Under the pieces are notes generated by a model. It worked only from the letters and a program-made list of their open reading frames with translations, was not told the origin of the DNA and searched no databases. 64,000 nt of DNA. Source: an uncultured Flavobacteriales bacterium. Its GTDB lineage: Bacteria; Bacteroidota; Bacteroidia; AKYH767-A; 2013-40CM-41-45. The first letter of the stretch is position 1; the number at the start of each line of letters is the position of its first letter. The position numbers and the translations under genes are program-made. Shown here in pieces: positions 1 to 9,505 of the stretch. The stretch lies in the NCBI GenBank assembly GCA_964356415.1, contig CAYHHK010000001.1:38057-102056 (forward strand), read 5' to 3'.

Positions 1-277
1 TCTGCAAGCCGGCATATTGCTTTCCGATTCCGTCAGGTGCACCGGGCAGATCCAGTGCTATAATTGGAATATCGAAAGGCAGCAACCTCGAGGCAAACTG
101 CATTACCTTACCGGCACCAACAATTCCGCTGGCACCTGAGATTACCATTGCTCCGCGTTCGCCTGGTTTTCCAAAAATTTTGGTAACCAGTGTTTCTGTA
201 TCAACGGGGAGTTTCCCGTTCTTAAATATTTCAAGCACTGTTCCCAAGCCAAGTGTTTCCAGTGTTGATTGTCTCAT
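1..277 (-). CDS. partial N-terminal fragment of an NAD(P)-binding Rossmann (SDR/NmrA-like) protein; the gene continues beyond the window start
   Basis: Reverse-strand ATG at 277 gives MRQSTLETLGLGTVLEIFKNGKLPVDTETLVTKIFGKPGERGAMVISGASGIVGAGK..., a glycine-rich dinucleotide-binding loop. The frame stays open to position 1. Confidence 0.4.
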   Translation of the reverse strand, partial: MRQSTLETLGLGTVLEIFKNGKLPVDTETLVTKIFGKPGERGAMVISGASGIVGAGKVMQFASRLLPFDIPIIALDLPGAPDGIGKQYAGLQ

Positions 278-298
278 TGAATTCATATCGTGTATTTA

Positions 299-1498
299 TT
301 ATTGTACATGAAAAATTGCTGCAATTCCCACATCACCGGCCGCGCATCCGAAAATAAGCACATACCCTCCTCCAAGTTCTACTGCCTCTTCCAGTGCCTC
401 CATTAACACTCTTGTTAAAGTTGGACCCTGCGGATGCCCGAATACAAGCGGGCTTCCGGTATTGTTCATTTTATGCCAGTCGTAATTGAGAACTTTTGTA
501 AAAATTGCATCATTCACTGCGAATGGATTGTGGTTTTTCACAACTTTCATATCATGCATCCTAAGTCCTGTTTTCTGAAGCAATTTTTGAACAGCTAATG
601 CCGGAGCTTCTGGCATCAATGATGGGTTGGTTCGCACTTCAGTTTTTGCCACAAATGAAATTTCCACTTCCGGTTTTTTACTGAGTTGTTTTGCTTTTTC
701 TCTCGTGGTTACCAGAAGTGTCGCCATTCCATCGGCAGCATGTGTTTGTGTCCCGCTTGTAACGCATGAATCAAGTTCCCTCATGGCACGCAAGCTCTCA
801 ATGGAAATTTTTTTCACACCTGAATCTTCATCGATCCATCCGGCAGATTTGCCCTGAACATTCAGAATCTCAATGGGAACAGCAACCCGGTCAGTAAATC
901 CGGAATCTTTGGCATTAAAATATTGCTCATACCTGAAACAGGTTAGTTCATCCACTTCTTTCTTTTCAATCTTATACTTTCTTGCAGCCAGTCCTGCAGC
1001 ACTCAACATGGCTTGTCCGGTGGAAGGATCGAAACCGAAGTTGTCCCATACATCGGCAATCACTTCGGTACGTTTGTAACTTCTCCTTTCCGGGAAAACG
1101 CCCACAGGTGAATCACTCGTTCGGTCAAATGTGAGTACACCAACAGTATCGCTAGCTCCACTCTGAACCTGAGCACCTGCAAGGATCACTGCCTGCAAGC
1201 CGGTAGCACACGCCTGCTCAACTTGAAATCCCGGTAATCTTTTTCCCATACAGCTTGCTACAACGGTTGCAGTCCAGAATTTAAAATGCCATGGTACCGT
1301 GGAGCCGATTACCATATAATCAAGGTGGCTTACCGGGACATTTCTTTTGTTCATAATGAGCGCCATGGCTTCGCCGGCGAACTGCCCGATATTGACTTCA
1401 GCCAGTGGGGAAGCCTGCCATGCCGGGAAATAGCTGCATCCCCAAGTACCATAGGGAATATATGCATCAGGGAACATTTTATGGATTTTATTTTTCAT
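299..1498 (-). CDS. thiolase-like protein (SCP-x/nonspecific-lipid-transfer type acetyl-CoA acetyltransferase family)
   Basis: 399 aa with a QACATGLQAV active-site Cys region and the C-terminal GHPQGPTL...GCAAGDVGIAAI thiolase motifs. ATG confirmed at 1498. Confidence 0.7.
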   Translation of the reverse strand: MKNKIHKMFPDAYIPYGTWGCSYFPAWQASPLAEVNIGQFAGEAMALIMNKRNVPVSHLDYMVIGSTVPWHFKFWTATVVASCMGKRLPGFQVEQACATGLQAVILAGAQVQSGASDTVGVLTFDRTSDSPVGVFPERRSYKRTEVIADVWDNFGFDPSTGQAMLSAAGLAARKYKIEKKEVDELTCFRYEQYFNAKDSGFTDRVAVPIEILNVQGKSAGWIDEDSGVKKISIESLRAMRELDSCVTSGTQTHAADGMATLLVTTREKAKQLSKKPEVEISFVAKTEVRTNPSLMPEAPALAVQKLLQKTGLRMHDMKVVKNHNPFAVNDAIFTKVLNYDWHKMNNTGSPLVFGHPQGPTLTRVLMEALEEAVELGGGYVLIFGCAAGDVGIAAIFHVQ

Positions 1499-1513
1499 GC
1501 TTGGTAAAAAGAT

Positions 1514-2644
1514 TTATAGACCGATTTCTTTTGCAATATTTATTTTCAAAATTTCTGATGTTCCTCCGCCAATGAGTGTGAACCGGGAATCGCGCAGGTA
1601 TCTTTCAATATTATATTCTGTCGCATATCCATAGGATGCCAATACCCGTGAGGCCTCATCGCAAATATTCACCGCACATTCTGATGCATATAGTTTTGCG
1701 ATCATCGCTTCTTTTTGCCGGGGAAGATTTTTATCACTCAAGGTAGCTGCATAGAATACATACTGTTTAGCAGTTTCAAGTTGTACAGCCATCGATGCAA
1801 ACTTCATTTGAATTGCCTGAAATTTGCCAATTGGTTTACCGAATTGCGTTCGATTATTGGCATATATTAGTGCATCTTCATAAGCTGCAACAGCAACGCC
1901 AATGGCAAGAGATGCAGTCATAATTCTAATTTCAGCGAGAATTTCTTTGAGACACTTAGTTCCCCCGCCAATCTCACCCAGCAAATATTTTTTTGGAAGT
2001 TCTACATCAATGAATCCTACTTCTGCTGTAAGTGAAGCACGCACTCCCATTTTTTCGATGCTTTTACCAACCACCACGCCTTTCAGATTTGATGGGACAA
2101 AGAATATGGAAAGTTGTTCGCTGTTGTTTGTTTTTGCAAGCACTGTGAAGAAATCCGCAACAGGCGCAGAAGTCACCCATGTTTTTTGTCCGTTTAAAAT
2201 GAATCCTTCATTGCTAATTTTTGCTATTGTTTTTATGGACATTAAATCACTTCCGGCATTCGGCTCGGTCATACAGATGCCGCCGATTTTATTGCCTTTC
2301 AATGCTTCAATGAAATAGTTCTCTGTTATTTCCTTATCTCCGAACCGGTATATGAAGTATGTCCCCATCAGCGATTGCATGGTACACGCCACTGCCAGAG
2401 AAAGAGAACCTCTTGCAAGTTCTATCACAGCCAGCGAGTAAGAAAGTATATCCAATCCACTTCCGCCGGCTTCTGTTGGATATCGCATTCCAAAAAAACC
2501 CATCTCACCGACTTTTTTGAAAAGGGCTTTTGGAAACTGTTTTTCTTCGTCCAGTTTTGCGGCTTCAGGTTTAACCTTCTTATCCGAAAACTCCCGGAAA
2601 GTTTGCTGAATCTGCTTTTGTATTTCGTTTAATTCAAAATCCAT
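1514..2644 (-). CDS. acyl-CoA dehydrogenase (possibly glutaryl-CoA dehydrogenase-type)
   Basis: 376 aa with ACAD fold motifs (GGSGLDILSYSLAVIELAR, C-terminal ...ERYLRDSR...IGGGTSEI). ATG at 2644. Confidence 0.85.
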   Translation of the reverse strand: MDFELNEIQKQIQQTFREFSDKKVKPEAAKLDEEKQFPKALFKKVGEMGFFGMRYPTEAGGSGLDILSYSLAVIELARGSLSLAVACTMQSLMGTYFIYRFGDKEITENYFIEALKGNKIGGICMTEPNAGSDLMSIKTIAKISNEGFILNGQKTWVTSAPVADFFTVLAKTNNSEQLSIFFVPSNLKGVVVGKSIEKMGVRASLTAEVGFIDVELPKKYLLGEIGGGTKCLKEILAEIRIMTASLAIGVAVAAYEDALIYANNRTQFGKPIGKFQAIQMKFASMAVQLETAKQYVFYAATLSDKNLPRQKEAMIAKLYASECAVNICDEASRVLASYGYATEYNIERYLRDSRFTLIGGGTSEILKINIAKEIGL

Positions 2645-2704
2645 TTACTTTTCAGAGGCATTTTTAATATTCAATCTTTATATTATGTATTGTATAATTC
2701 AATA

Positions 2705-3103
2705 CTAAGGAATAATTGCAATTGCTTCAATTTCAATAACTGCGGGGTGATCCAATAAATCACTCACGAAAATCATACTCATGCATGGAAAGTTTTTTCC
2801 TATGATTTTTTTCCAGATTATACCCAATTCCTTTCTTGATTCTAAATATTGATTTCTGTCTGTGCAGAAACAGGTCATTTTACAAATATCTTCTGGTTTT
2901 CCGCCCGCCTTTTCCACGACAGTTAAAATGTTTTTCAATGCCTGTTCGAATTGTGGAATTAATTTTTCACTTGTGAATATTTCATTTTCATTCCATCCAA
3001 CCTGACCGGCCATAAATAGAATTCTGCCATTTGCGGCTAGAATTCCGTTGGAATATCCTCTTGGCTGAGGCCAACCATCAGGCAGGATAATTTCATGCTT
3101 CAT
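2705..3103 (-). CDS. ridA: RidA/YjgF family reactive enamine-imine deaminase
   Basis: 132 aa with the characteristic RidA/YjgF/chorismate-mutase-like fold sequence. ATG at 3103. Confidence 0.75.
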   Translation of the reverse strand: MKHEIILPDGWPQPRGYSNGILAANGRILFMAGQVGWNENEIFTSEKLIPQFEQALKNILTVVEKAGGKPEDICKMTCFCTDRNQYLESRKELGIIWKKIIGKNFPCMSMIFVSDLLDHPAVIEIEAIAIIP

Positions 3104-3106
3104 TTC

Positions 3107-4780
3107 TCAGATATTTACATTGTATATTTTCTGTGCCGCTCCCTTACTTACCAATTCATTCTTTACATCCCTTATCACTTTTTTTCTCACCCGTTTTTTC
3201 GGACTTCCATATCCGCCGCCGCCGCCTGCAATCTGCCGATAAACAGTTCCATCAGGTATGCCATAAATTATATCCTTACTCAAGGGGACAATTTTTTTTC
3301 CGTTTTTGTATTTCAGCTCGATTTTATTCAGCACACTTCCCTTACCCCCGAAGAGCCCATAGTTCTGTTCCACATCACCATCTCCAAAGACAACCATTGT
3401 TGTATCACTCCCACGCAATAAAATTTTTGTTTCGGTTCCAAGGCCTCCCCTCCATTCTCCTGCTCCTCCGGAGTCGCATAAATATTCGTGATGCAGAATC
3501 AAATGAGGAGTTTGCTGTTCGTACATTTCATAATCCTGGTCCAGTACGCCGCCTGAAGCGTCAATCATTCCAATATGGTCATAGCCATCGTCTCCTTTTA
3601 GGGCGCCGCTTCCGCCTTTCATCCCAAAGAAACAGATGTCAACATATTTTTTTCCTGAGGTGCTATGAATTCCGGTAAAGAGAGAACACAGGAGATGGTT
3701 CCATCCTGCAGTGATTCTGTCAGGGATAGCCGGGCCCAATGCTTTAAAAATTGAGTCAGCTATTTGAGGGCAAAGATGATTTCCAAAAGTGGTTGCCGCC
3801 GGGTAGGAAGCATTCAAGATGGTTCCCTCAGGTACTATGTATTTCAATGGCTTCAGCATTCCTTCGTTATGGGGAATGTGTGGATTTACCATTTGTAGCA
3901 GGGTGAGCGTGATAGAAGAGCAAGTGGAAGTGTATGTTCCATTTACGAAACCTTTGGTTTGAGGAGACGATTTTGAAAAATCAAAAATGATTTCTTCATT
4001 TTTAACTGTAATATTTGCGCGTATAGGAAATTTGCTCCCCTTGTGTTTTCCATCGAAATAGACCATGCTTTTTCCTGCGTAGCTTCCATTTGGAATATTC
4101 CTGATTTCAGCACGCATCATTTTCTCTGTAGAGTCAAACAATGCCTGTTTGTGCATTTCAAATTTTTCTAACCCGTATTTTATGACAAGTGCCTGTAGCC
4201 GCCGTTCACCGAGTGTACAGGCACCAATCTGTGCTTTAATATCTTCCTGTACCATCTGCAGGCGGATGTTGGCGAAAATCAGATTCCAAACATCTTTGCG
4301 GAGGATACCTTTTTCAAACAGTTTGACTGCCGGTATGCGTAAAGCCTCCTGCCATACTTCTGTTGCATTCGGGTTATAACCGCCTTGTACTGCACCACCG
4401 ATATCAGCCTGATGACCTTTTGCTGCAGCCCATCCCACGAGGGTATTTTTAATAAATATCGGCTTGAAAATAGCCACATCATTATTCTGGTTACCCATGG
4501 AAAAAACATCGTTGTGAATAATTACATCACCCTCGTGAATGTCATTCCCGTACTGATCGAGTATTACTTTGCATACCGGTCCGAGTGAGAAAGAAAGGAT
4601 TGGAAGGTTTTCAGTTTGTTCCAGCATTTGTCCCTGAGCATCATACAGCCCGGTTACAAAGTCCTTTGCCTCACATAAAATGGGTGAGCGGGTTGTTTTA
4701 GTAAGCGAAATGCTCATCTCGTCCGTGATTGATTTGAAGGCACGCTGGAAAATAGAGACAAGTATTTTATCAATTTGCAT
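3107..4780 (-). CDS. hyuB: hydantoinase B / oxoprolinase family protein (HyuB-like)
   Basis: ~557 aa hydantoinase_B family protein. The ORF track's first codon at 4789 is TTG, and the first ATG is at 4780 (MQIDKIL...). Confidence 0.85.
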   Translation of the reverse strand: MQIDKILVSIFQRAFKSITDEMSISLTKTTRSPILCEAKDFVTGLYDAQGQMLEQTENLPILSFSLGPVCKVILDQYGNDIHEGDVIIHNDVFSMGNQNNDVAIFKPIFIKNTLVGWAAAKGHQADIGGAVQGGYNPNATEVWQEALRIPAVKLFEKGILRKDVWNLIFANIRLQMVQEDIKAQIGACTLGERRLQALVIKYGLEKFEMHKQALFDSTEKMMRAEIRNIPNGSYAGKSMVYFDGKHKGSKFPIRANITVKNEEIIFDFSKSSPQTKGFVNGTYTSTCSSITLTLLQMVNPHIPHNEGMLKPLKYIVPEGTILNASYPAATTFGNHLCPQIADSIFKALGPAIPDRITAGWNHLLCSLFTGIHSTSGKKYVDICFFGMKGGSGALKGDDGYDHIGMIDASGGVLDQDYEMYEQQTPHLILHHEYLCDSGGAGEWRGGLGTETKILLRGSDTTMVVFGDGDVEQNYGLFGGKGSVLNKIELKYKNGKKIVPLSKDIIYGIPDGTVYRQIAGGGGGYGSPKKRVRKKVIRDVKNELVSKGAAQKIYNVNI

Positions 4781-6902
4781 TTGTTTCAATATTTATTTTT
4801 CTAAATGGAAATCCATCTTGAAATTTTTCCCTTTCATAGACTATGAAAGAGCCAAAATCATCAACCACGCAATCATAGTTTGCACTTACAAAGATTGAAG
4901 TAGTTATTTTCTCAATTACACACGGGCCTTTCAAATGGCAACCATAAATGGGTTTATCCCCATCATACACAAGGATGTTTTGCAGTGTATCTAATTCAGG
5001 AATATATACTTCTCTATACCCTTTAATTGCAGATTCAATCGGTATAGATTTTGTATTTACAGAGAGAAATTCAGGTTTTTTTGTTTTGCCAATAACCCGC
5101 AAGCGAAGGTTGATCAGTTCCATTTCAGTTTTCTCTTCTCTGAGTGAGTAGCCAAATTGTCTGTTGTGTTCAGTGTGAAAAAGTTCAAAAATTTTAACAA
5201 GATTATAATTCAATACATCGTTCCAGGTGCATTCCAGCTGAACCTCGTGATACTGGCCAACATAACGCATGTCCAATGTGGGATGAAAAGAAATCCGTTC
5301 GTGCGGAATCCCTTCCTCTATATGCAGTGAATTGATTCCCTCTTCTTTCATTTCATTGAACAGGGAGAGAAATATTTTACGGTTTAGGTTCCCAAATAGG
5401 GAGTAGCAGGACCTGATATAATCATGTTTTAAATCCCCTAAAAGCATTCCTGCAGCACAGAAGATGGAAGAAACATTCGGAACGAGGAACATGGGTATTT
5501 CCAGTTCTTTACATATTTCAGCTGCGTGGATGGGACCTGCACCGCCGGCCACTATGAACAGGAATTCTCTTGGGTCATAACCCCGTTCAACAGAAATTTC
5601 ACGAACTCCCTGAGCCATGTTGCTGTTGATGATGCGATACATTCCAGCTGCGGTTTCCAGCATTGATAATTCAGTTTTTTTGGCAAGTTTCTCGCTGATT
5701 GCTTTCTCTGCTTTTGATTTATTCAGTTTCAATTCACCACCTGCAAAAAAATCCGGATTCAGATATCCAAGGACCAGGTCGGCATCAGTGCAGGCAGGCA
5801 GGTCTCCTCCGCGATCATAACAAACCGGGCCTGGCATTGCTCCGGCACTTTGCGGGCCCATCTGCAACAATCCTCCTTCGTTCATCCAGCCGATGCTTCC
5901 GCCTCCTGCGCCAATGGTAATAATGTCAAGTGAAGGCAGTGCAATACGGTAGCGGTTTATACTTCCATCGGTACTGGTAATACACTGATTATTGATCACG
6001 ATCGATGCATCAAAACTAGTTCCTCCCATGTCAACGGTGATGCAATTTTGGTGTCCCATCAATTGTGAATAAAACGCGCCTGCTGTAGGGGCAGCAGCGG
6101 GTCCTGATAACACTGTAACTGCCGGATTTTTTTTCACTTGTTCTGGAGCAACCACTCCTCCATTCGACTGCATAATGAGTAGTTTCCCTGAAAATTTTGT
6201 TTCTTTTAGTTTGTAGGTGAGATTGTCGAGGTATTTGGCAACAATCGGCCCTACAAATGCACTCACCACAGTTGTACTCACTCTTTCATAAAAGCGAATG
6301 GAAGGCAAGACTTCAAATGATGCCGTAATAAAAACACCGTGAAGTTTGTCTCTGAGAAACTTGACAGCCTGCATTTCATGTGACGGATTTTTGAAAGAAT
6401 TAATAAAGCAAATCGCAATGGATTCCACTTGTTCATCTTTGATTTTCTTAACAATGAGCAACAACTCTTTTTCCGAAATTTTTTTTAGTACTACTCCATT
6501 TGAGTCGATGCGTTCATCAACAGTAAATCTCAAATATCGTTCAACCAGCGGAGTGACATTTTTAAAGTGGTTGTTGTATTGTTCTTCCCGAATTCCTCTA
6601 CGCATTTCAAGGGCATCGCGAAACCCCTTGGTGGTTATTAGAGCGGTCTTCGCGCCTTTTAATGTTAGCAATGCATTGGTAGCAACAGTAGTTCCATGAA
6701 CAATAGTGTCAATTGAAGAAAGGAATTTTTCAAATTCCGTATAGCGCATTTGTGCTATTTCACGTAATCCGTTGATAAAGCCAATTGAGGGATCATGGGG
6801 AGTTGATAAGGTTTTATGTACAGTTGTACCGCCACTATCAGAAATAGCTATGAGGTCGGTAAATGTTCCACCGATGTCTATTCCTATATTCAGTTTTTCC
6901 AT
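4770..6902 (-). CDS. hyuA: hydantoinase A / oxoprolinase family protein (HyuA-like, ATP-binding)
   Basis: N-terminal MEKLNIGIDIGGTFTDL ASKHA-fold ATPase motif. ATG confirmed at 6902, and the longer ORF-track extension is unlikely. Confidence 0.85.
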   Translation of the reverse strand: MEKLNIGIDIGGTFTDLIAISDSGGTTVHKTLSTPHDPSIGFINGLREIAQMRYTEFEKFLSSIDTIVHGTTVATNALLTLKGAKTALITTKGFRDALEMRRGIREEQYNNHFKNVTPLVERYLRFTVDERIDSNGVVLKKISEKELLLIVKKIKDEQVESIAICFINSFKNPSHEMQAVKFLRDKLHGVFITASFEVLPSIRFYERVSTTVVSAFVGPIVAKYLDNLTYKLKETKFSGKLLIMQSNGGVVAPEQVKKNPAVTVLSGPAAAPTAGAFYSQLMGHQNCITVDMGGTSFDASIVINNQCITSTDGSINRYRIALPSLDIITIGAGGGSIGWMNEGGLLQMGPQSAGAMPGPVCYDRGGDLPACTDADLVLGYLNPDFFAGGELKLNKSKAEKAISEKLAKKTELSMLETAAGMYRIINSNMAQGVREISVERGYDPREFLFIVAGGAGPIHAAEICKELEIPMFLVPNVSSIFCAAGMLLGDLKHDYIRSCYSLFGNLNRKIFLSLFNEMKEEGINSLHIEEGIPHERISFHPTLDMRYVGQYHEVQLECTWNDVLNYNLVKIFELFHTEHNRQFGYSLREEKTEMELINLRLRVIGKTKKPEFLSVNTKSIPIESAIKGYREVYIPELDTLQNILVYDGDKPIYGCHLKGPCVIEKITTSIFVSANYDCVVDDFGSFIVYEREKFQDGFPFRKINIETNAN

Positions 6903-7049
6903 TTTAGGTCCTCTCGTTAATACAAATCTTTTTCCCGGTGGAATAATGTAATGCAAAAAGTTTTATAATGATGAGTGATGTTTTATTCATTCGTAGTTGC
7001 CCCTATCTATGTTCATATTTACTCAATGCGCTTTCTTGATAGTGAAATA

Positions 7050-7090
7050 TTCCCCACTTCTGACTTTAAACTTTTGTCAGAAGTGGGGAA
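7050..7090 (-). terminator. probable intrinsic (possibly bidirectional) terminator hairpin downstream of trpB2
   Basis: Perfect 15-bp inverted repeat ttccccacttctgac / gtcagaagtggggaa (7050-7064 and 7076-7090) with an 11-nt loop tttaaactttt. It lies 7 nt downstream of the trpB2 stop and is flanked by A/T-rich sequence. Confidence 0.6.
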
Positions 7091-7096
7091 TAATGA

Positions 7097-8464
7097 TTAC
7101 GGAATGACGGGCGTATTGAGTTCTCTCAGGTTTGTATAAAGTTGTTCATCAGTAAGTTCATGATCAACAAGCTTCCCTGTAAAATAATCCTGGTAAGCGC
7201 TCATGTCAAAATATCCATGGCCGCACAGGTTGAAGAGAATTGTTTTTGACTTCCCTTCAAGCTTTGCCTGATTTGCCTCCCTGATAGCTGCTGCGATACC
7301 ATGCGTTGCTTCAGGTGCGGGAAGTATCCCTTCGGTACGTGCAAACTTTATTCCTGCATCAAAGCATTCGAGCTGCTGCAGTGATTGTGCCTCTATCAAT
7401 TTATCATGTAATAATTTGCTCACAATTGCACCAGCTCCATGATAGCGCAAACCACCGGCGTGAATAGGAGCAGGAACAAAATTATGTCCAAGTGTGTACA
7501 TAGGAATTAACGGAGTCATTCCAATGGTATCGCCAAAATCATAGCGGTATTGGCCTTTGGTAAGCTTCGGACAAGAAGCCGGCTCTGCTGCAATGCAACG
7601 AACTTTTTTTCCGTTAACGAAATTGTGACGAAGAAATGGAAAAGCGATACCTGCGAAATTTGATCCGCCGCCAAATGGTGCAATTACTACGTCCGGGAAA
7701 TCACCTGCTATTTCAAATTGTTTTTCTGCTTCCAGCCCGATGATGGTTTGATGCATAAGCACATGATTTAAAACACTGCCGAGTGCATATTTTGTTGTTT
7801 CACTTTTAGCAGCCACTTCAACTGCTTCAGAGATAGCAATGCCTAAACTACCCGGTGAGTTCGGATCCATAGCAAGTATTTTTCTACCTGATTCTGTTGT
7901 ATTGCTTGGAGAAGAAATTACAGTAGCATTCCAGGTGTTCATTAAAAGTTTGCGATATGGTTTTTGATCATAACTGATTTTTACCATGTAAACTTCACAT
8001 TGTATGCCGAACAGATTGCATGCAAAACTAAGTGCACTGCCCCATTGGCCAGCGCCGGTTTCGGTGCTTATTTTTTTTACACCTTCCTTTTTGTTATAAT
8101 ACGCCTGTGGCACGGCCGTATTGGGCTTGTGTGAGCCTGCCGGGCTGTTGCCTTCATATTTGTAATAAATTTTTGCAGGTGTATCAAGTAATTTTTCCAA
8201 CCCGTAAGCGCGGTAAAGTGGTGATGGCCGCCAGATTTTATAGATTTCACGAACTTCGTCAGGGATATCAATCCATCGTTCCTGAGATACCTCCTGTTTG
8301 ATAAGTTCCATTGGAAACAAGGGAGCCAGGTCTTGCGGTCCAATGGGTTGCAATGTTCCGGGGTGAAGCGGAGGCGGACATGGATTCGGCATATCTGCCT
8401 GGATGTTGTACCATTGTTTCGGAATTTCTTTTTCCGTCAGGTAGATTTTTTTGATTTTTTCCAT
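7097..8464 (-). CDS. tryptophan synthase beta-chain-like PLP enzyme, TrpB2 (long/stand-alone) type
   Basis: 455 aa with the PLP lysine context (...SHKPNTA...), a long N-terminal extension typical of TrpB2, and a GGGSNFAG glycine loop. ATG at 8464. No trpA is adjacent. Confidence 0.8.
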   Translation of the reverse strand: MEKIKKIYLTEKEIPKQWYNIQADMPNPCPPPLHPGTLQPIGPQDLAPLFPMELIKQEVSQERWIDIPDEVREIYKIWRPSPLYRAYGLEKLLDTPAKIYYKYEGNSPAGSHKPNTAVPQAYYNKKEGVKKISTETGAGQWGSALSFACNLFGIQCEVYMVKISYDQKPYRKLLMNTWNATVISSPSNTTESGRKILAMDPNSPGSLGIAISEAVEVAAKSETTKYALGSVLNHVLMHQTIIGLEAEKQFEIAGDFPDVVIAPFGGGSNFAGIAFPFLRHNFVNGKKVRCIAAEPASCPKLTKGQYRYDFGDTIGMTPLIPMYTLGHNFVPAPIHAGGLRYHGAGAIVSKLLHDKLIEAQSLQQLECFDAGIKFARTEGILPAPEATHGIAAAIREANQAKLEGKSKTILFNLCGHGYFDMSAYQDYFTGKLVDHELTDEQLYTNLRELNTPVIP

Positions 8465-8522
8465 TTTTTTGTTTTTTTTGGTTTGATGAATAAATAAATT
8501 TAAATCAACTTGTTTATGATGC

Positions 8523-9473
8523 TCATTTGTGGGTATCAGATTTTAGTAGCTTTTCAAAACTTCTTTTCATAAAAACACCAATCATTTCTTTGCGGTATGT
8601 GCGCGAATAAATATCGTTATCAATAATTCGCGGCATTTTTATCGCCCTAAGAATTAATTTATCTTTTTCTTCCAAGTTTCCTGATATTACAACAGGCTTT
8701 GGATCAACTCCACCGATTACAATATTTATTTTTCCGGATGCACTGATGGATACAGCGGTTGTTAATGAGGTGAAATCAATACTTTCTCTCAGACGCAATT
8801 TCATAAACACACATTTGTTTTCTTCGATTTGCGGGAGGAGAATACTTTTAATGATGGAGGTTGCAGAAAGATTTCTTGGCGTTAACCCGTCACCGGTATA
8901 AATATCTTCCAACTTTATTTTCTCTTCACCTTTTTCACTTTCAATGAGGAGTTCGGCATTGTAAGCAATCAGTACAGGAGCAGTGTCAGAAACAAATCTG
9001 GAAAAGCACTTTTTTTTTCCGCCCGTTGCGATGCAGATATCACCGTCACATTTCAAACAATAACCAACAGCTTGGCGCCACCATTCACTCTGATTGTAAA
9101 AACTGCACCTGTTCTCGCATAATATATTTCCACCGATGGTGGCTGTTTTTCTCAGCATTGGTGAAGCGGCAGCATGAGCCGCTTCACCTAACGAAGAAAA
9201 ATTAGCTGTGATAAATGAATTATTCTCTATCTCATTAAGTGTAACCAGGGAACCAATTCTGAAGTAATTGTCCTTTGATGTCGTGGTTTTTAATTCATTA
9301 ATTTCTGAAATATCAAGGATGCATACTGCGGTATCATTCCCTTGGAATTTATTTACCAGTATATCAGTGCCACCTGCAAGAAACCTGAAATTATTTGGGT
9401 ATTCTTTTGCAATACTAATTGCCTCAACGACTGATTTGGGCTTAAAATAAAGTGTTTCAGTTGTTACATCCAT
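8523..9473 (-). CDS. FAD-binding subunit of a xanthine-dehydrogenase-family molybdoenzyme (CoxM/XdhB/HcrB-like) with a Cys-rich insertion
   Basis: 316 aa. It has the FAD-binding FLAGGTDIL motif plus the unusual insert [44 protein letters not shown] (Cys at 119, 123, 139, 142, 147 and 156). Confidence 0.85.
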   Translation of the reverse strand: MDVTTETLYFKPKSVVEAISIAKEYPNNFRFLAGGTDILVNKFQGNDTAVCILDISEINELKTTTSKDNYFRIGSLVTLNEIENNSFITANFSSLGEAAHAAASPMLRKTATIGGNILCENRCSFYNQSEWWRQAVGYCLKCDGDICIATGGKKKCFSRFVSDTAPVLIAYNAELLIESEKGEEKIKLEDIYTGDGLTPRNLSATSIIKSILLPQIEENKCVFMKLRLRESIDFTSLTTAVSISASGKINIVIGGVDPKPVVISGNLEEKDKLILRAIKMPRIIDNDIYSRTYRKEMIGVFMKRSFEKLLKSDTHK

Positions 9474-9505
9474 GCTGTATTAAATTTCATTGAATATCCA
9501 TTTTA

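Noticed and set aside
627-2632. Plus-strand ORFs of 60-140 aa (627..857, 873..1079, 1286..1507, 1902..2318, 2375..2632) and many similar ones throughout the window (e.g. 3133..3678, 51981..52643)
   Set aside because: They lie entirely inside well-supported minus-strand genes with clear conserved motifs. They have low-complexity or odd composition and no motifs, so they are shadow ORFs.
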